Source: Candidatus Heimdallarchaeota archaeon B3_Heim
GTDB taxonomy: Archaea; Asgardarchaeota; Heimdallarchaeia; Hodarchaeales; Hodarchaeaceae
Direction: 5' to 3'
DNA: 27,290 nt
NCBI GenBank assembly: GCA_003144275.1
Contig: NJBF01000043.1
Location: 1 to 27,290 of the forward strand
Shown here: positions 25,507 to 27,290 of the stretch, piece by piece
Numbering within the stretch: the first letter of the stretch is position 1
Layout: each line of letters opens with the position of its first letter
Notes under the pieces: generated by a model
Databases searched by the model: none
The model's input: only the letters and a program-made list of their open reading frames with translations
Told to the model about the DNA's origin: nothing
Program-made: the position numbers and the translations under genes

Positions 25507-27290
25507 TTAAGTTAAAGGGAATATTTTCTGAATGTAATTAATAATAACCGATTCCTCTTTATCAGAAAGAAGTTTTCCCGTATTGATATTCTCCTTGATT
25601 GAAGTCCATATATCGTCTGCTGATTCGAGTGAAGAAATTAAAGCCTTCATTTTTTTTATGGCAGAATAGGATTCCCCCTTGAAAACATAGGCGAATGTAA
25701 GAAAGAGATACGAATGAAAGATTAACCTGTACTCACCCAATTTCACTCGTTCAATAGAACTGGAAAACACCTCGTTACTAAATGATTCGATAGCTGAGAG
25801 AAAACCTCCAACTAATTGACTCTTAAAATTACCTTCAGGATTAAAATGATGAGTAAATAATGTCATCCCACCTTCAGTTATGATTAACAGCATCTCAGGT
25901 TTTTCTGGGACAACTCTTGATACAGCGGCAATATTTTGCGTTGTCATCCGATCTAATAAATTCTCTACTTTTTCAATTTCAATTTCATTACGTATCTCAA
26001 GATTACCAGTTTCGATATCAAATGTATTTATCTGATCCATTATGGCATCATATTCTCGTGAAATTGCGATCGCTAATTTCTGTAATCCTTTCTCTTCAGC
26101 GATAGTTTGGGCTTGATCAATGAGTCGTTTTGCTAGCGGAATATCATCAAGCAGCAGGGCAATTTCTGACTTCAAAAGATATCCTTCAGAGAGAAGGGAA
26201 TGGGAGTTCTGTTCTTCAGCAATGACAAGGAATCTATCAGATAGCTCTTCTAACTCCTTTAGAACAGTTGTATCTGCGGAAATCTTGTATTCAAACAATA
26301 ATATATCACATAAATTGATGATAGCGTCCGCTGTAACTTCTAGTGCTCGAACTTTCTCATTGGCTACATTCTCTAATAATTCCTGTGCTTTAGCTTTATC
26401 TCTTAAACGATTACTCTTCTTTAAGATTAATGCTTCAGAGACACGAAACATCTGACTCATAAGTGTTAATTGATAACGATTTGACGATTTTTCTAGTCTT
26501 TCAATGTACGCTTTAGTATTCGTGAGAGAATTGGTATCCAGAGTAAGTTTAATGACATGATAAAGACTCCACGAGCATGCCAAATAATCATTGATATCGT
26601 CACTCACGTTAATACTCTGCGTGTAATAACCACATGCTGTATCAAAATCGCTTTTTGCTTGGTTGACAAAACCTATATTGGATAAAGTCCATATCAAGAT
26701 CCACGGAAATTGTTTCTCTCGCGATAAAGTCAAACTACGATTCAATGATTCCAATGCAAGATCCAACTCCCCTCTAGTATGATGATTCCAACCAATATTG
26801 TTTAAGGTCAGAGATAAATTTTCCATGTTTCCTAGACGTTCTGAGCTAAACATACTCCGTTGTAGAAATCCTAGCCCTCGATCAAGTTCACCTAGCCAAG
26901 TGTATAAATTTCCTAAAAAATTCAGAGCAACTGCTATTCCTTGCTTGTCATTAATTGATTCAAAGATGGTTAAACTATCCAATATTTGTTTTAAACCTTC
27001 TTTTGTTTCACTGAGATAATTATAGTTTAATATTCCTATTCTAAGGGTTAGGCATGCAACTTCTCTCTGAAAATTCAATTGTTGGAAGATTTTACGACTC
27101 TTCTCAAGATACTGAATCTCCTCAGGAATTTTTCCCATAATACCATATAAAGAACCTATTGTCTTTAATGCCCTAGCTACCCCATCTATATAATTCATGT
27201 CTTGAAACATTTTCAAACTATCAGTTAATACACTAAGTGCTGGATTTACCTATCTTTTTGTCATTAATATTATCCCTTTAAATATTAAAA
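25507..27290 (-). CDS. TPR protein with C-terminal longin-like domain; probably 5'-truncated by the window and interrupted by an in-frame TAG at 27250-27252
   Basis: TPR repeats (GELDRGLGF, GELDLALES). The C-terminal MLLIITEGGMTLFTHHF...QLVGGFLSAIESFSNEVF...ERVKLGEYRLIF has a beta-beta-alpha-beta-beta-beta longin-like pattern. The frame upstream of the ORF-track start (27216) reads LIFKGIILMTKR*VNPALSVLTDS to the window edge. Confidence 0.8.

Noticed and set aside
207-27019. Shadow ORFs in the track (207-407, 3093-3281, 6528-6728, 8698-8880, 10659-10862, 11460-11648, 12292-12495, 13451-13756, 13919-14113, 17981-18253, 20142-20354, 20351-20539, 22509-22727, 25917-26105, 26120-26455, 26798-27019)
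   Set aside because: Almost all lie antisense or out of frame within well-supported genes (3093-3281 is mostly AT-rich promoter DNA) and have no motifs or RBS.
19514-27290. Genome-wide stop-codon reassignment as the cause of the internal TAA and TAG
   Set aside because: TAA, TAG and TGA all terminate clearly complete genes in this window (e.g. TAA at 10903 and 22720, TAG at 19466 and 23494, TGA at 6002), and the two internal stops are different codons.

Overview
AT-rich, gene-dense prokaryotic window that reads as an Asgard archaeal chromosome segment (Heimdallarchaeia/Hodarchaeales-like). This is inferred from a Rab-like small GTPase without a prenylation tail, 40-aa-period TPR proteins (one ending in a longin-like domain), an archaeal-type D-aminoacyl-tRNA deacylase and GGTGA/AGGTG/GGAG ribosome-binding sites. 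Contents from left to right: SAM methyltransferase; single-barrel prenyltransferase-fold protein; orphan basic ORF; Rab-like GTPase; four-gene succinate dehydrogenase/fumarate reductase operon in D-C-A-B order with four candidate heme His; frameshifted YhhN-like membrane protein; a translationally coupled pair of opine dehydrogenase and a His-on cobalamin-binding protein with a large unassigned catalytic domain (best candidate for an undescribed pathway); nitrilase; MacB/FtsX-type ABC exporter whose ATPase carries an N-terminal zinc ribbon; ABC-2 exporter operon with a wHTH regulator and an ATPase split at an A10 tract; nucleoside phosphorylase; UroD/MtaA-family gene with an in-frame TAA; membrane-inserted M28 peptidase; dtdA; NifX-like plus TIGR04076-like pair; and two paralogous TPR genes, the second with an in-frame TAG near the right edge. 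Four genes each carry a single lesion, so assembly error has to be excluded before any biological reading. No rRNA, tRNA, CRISPR array or mobile element was seen. All family calls come from motif recognition by eye; no database search was run.
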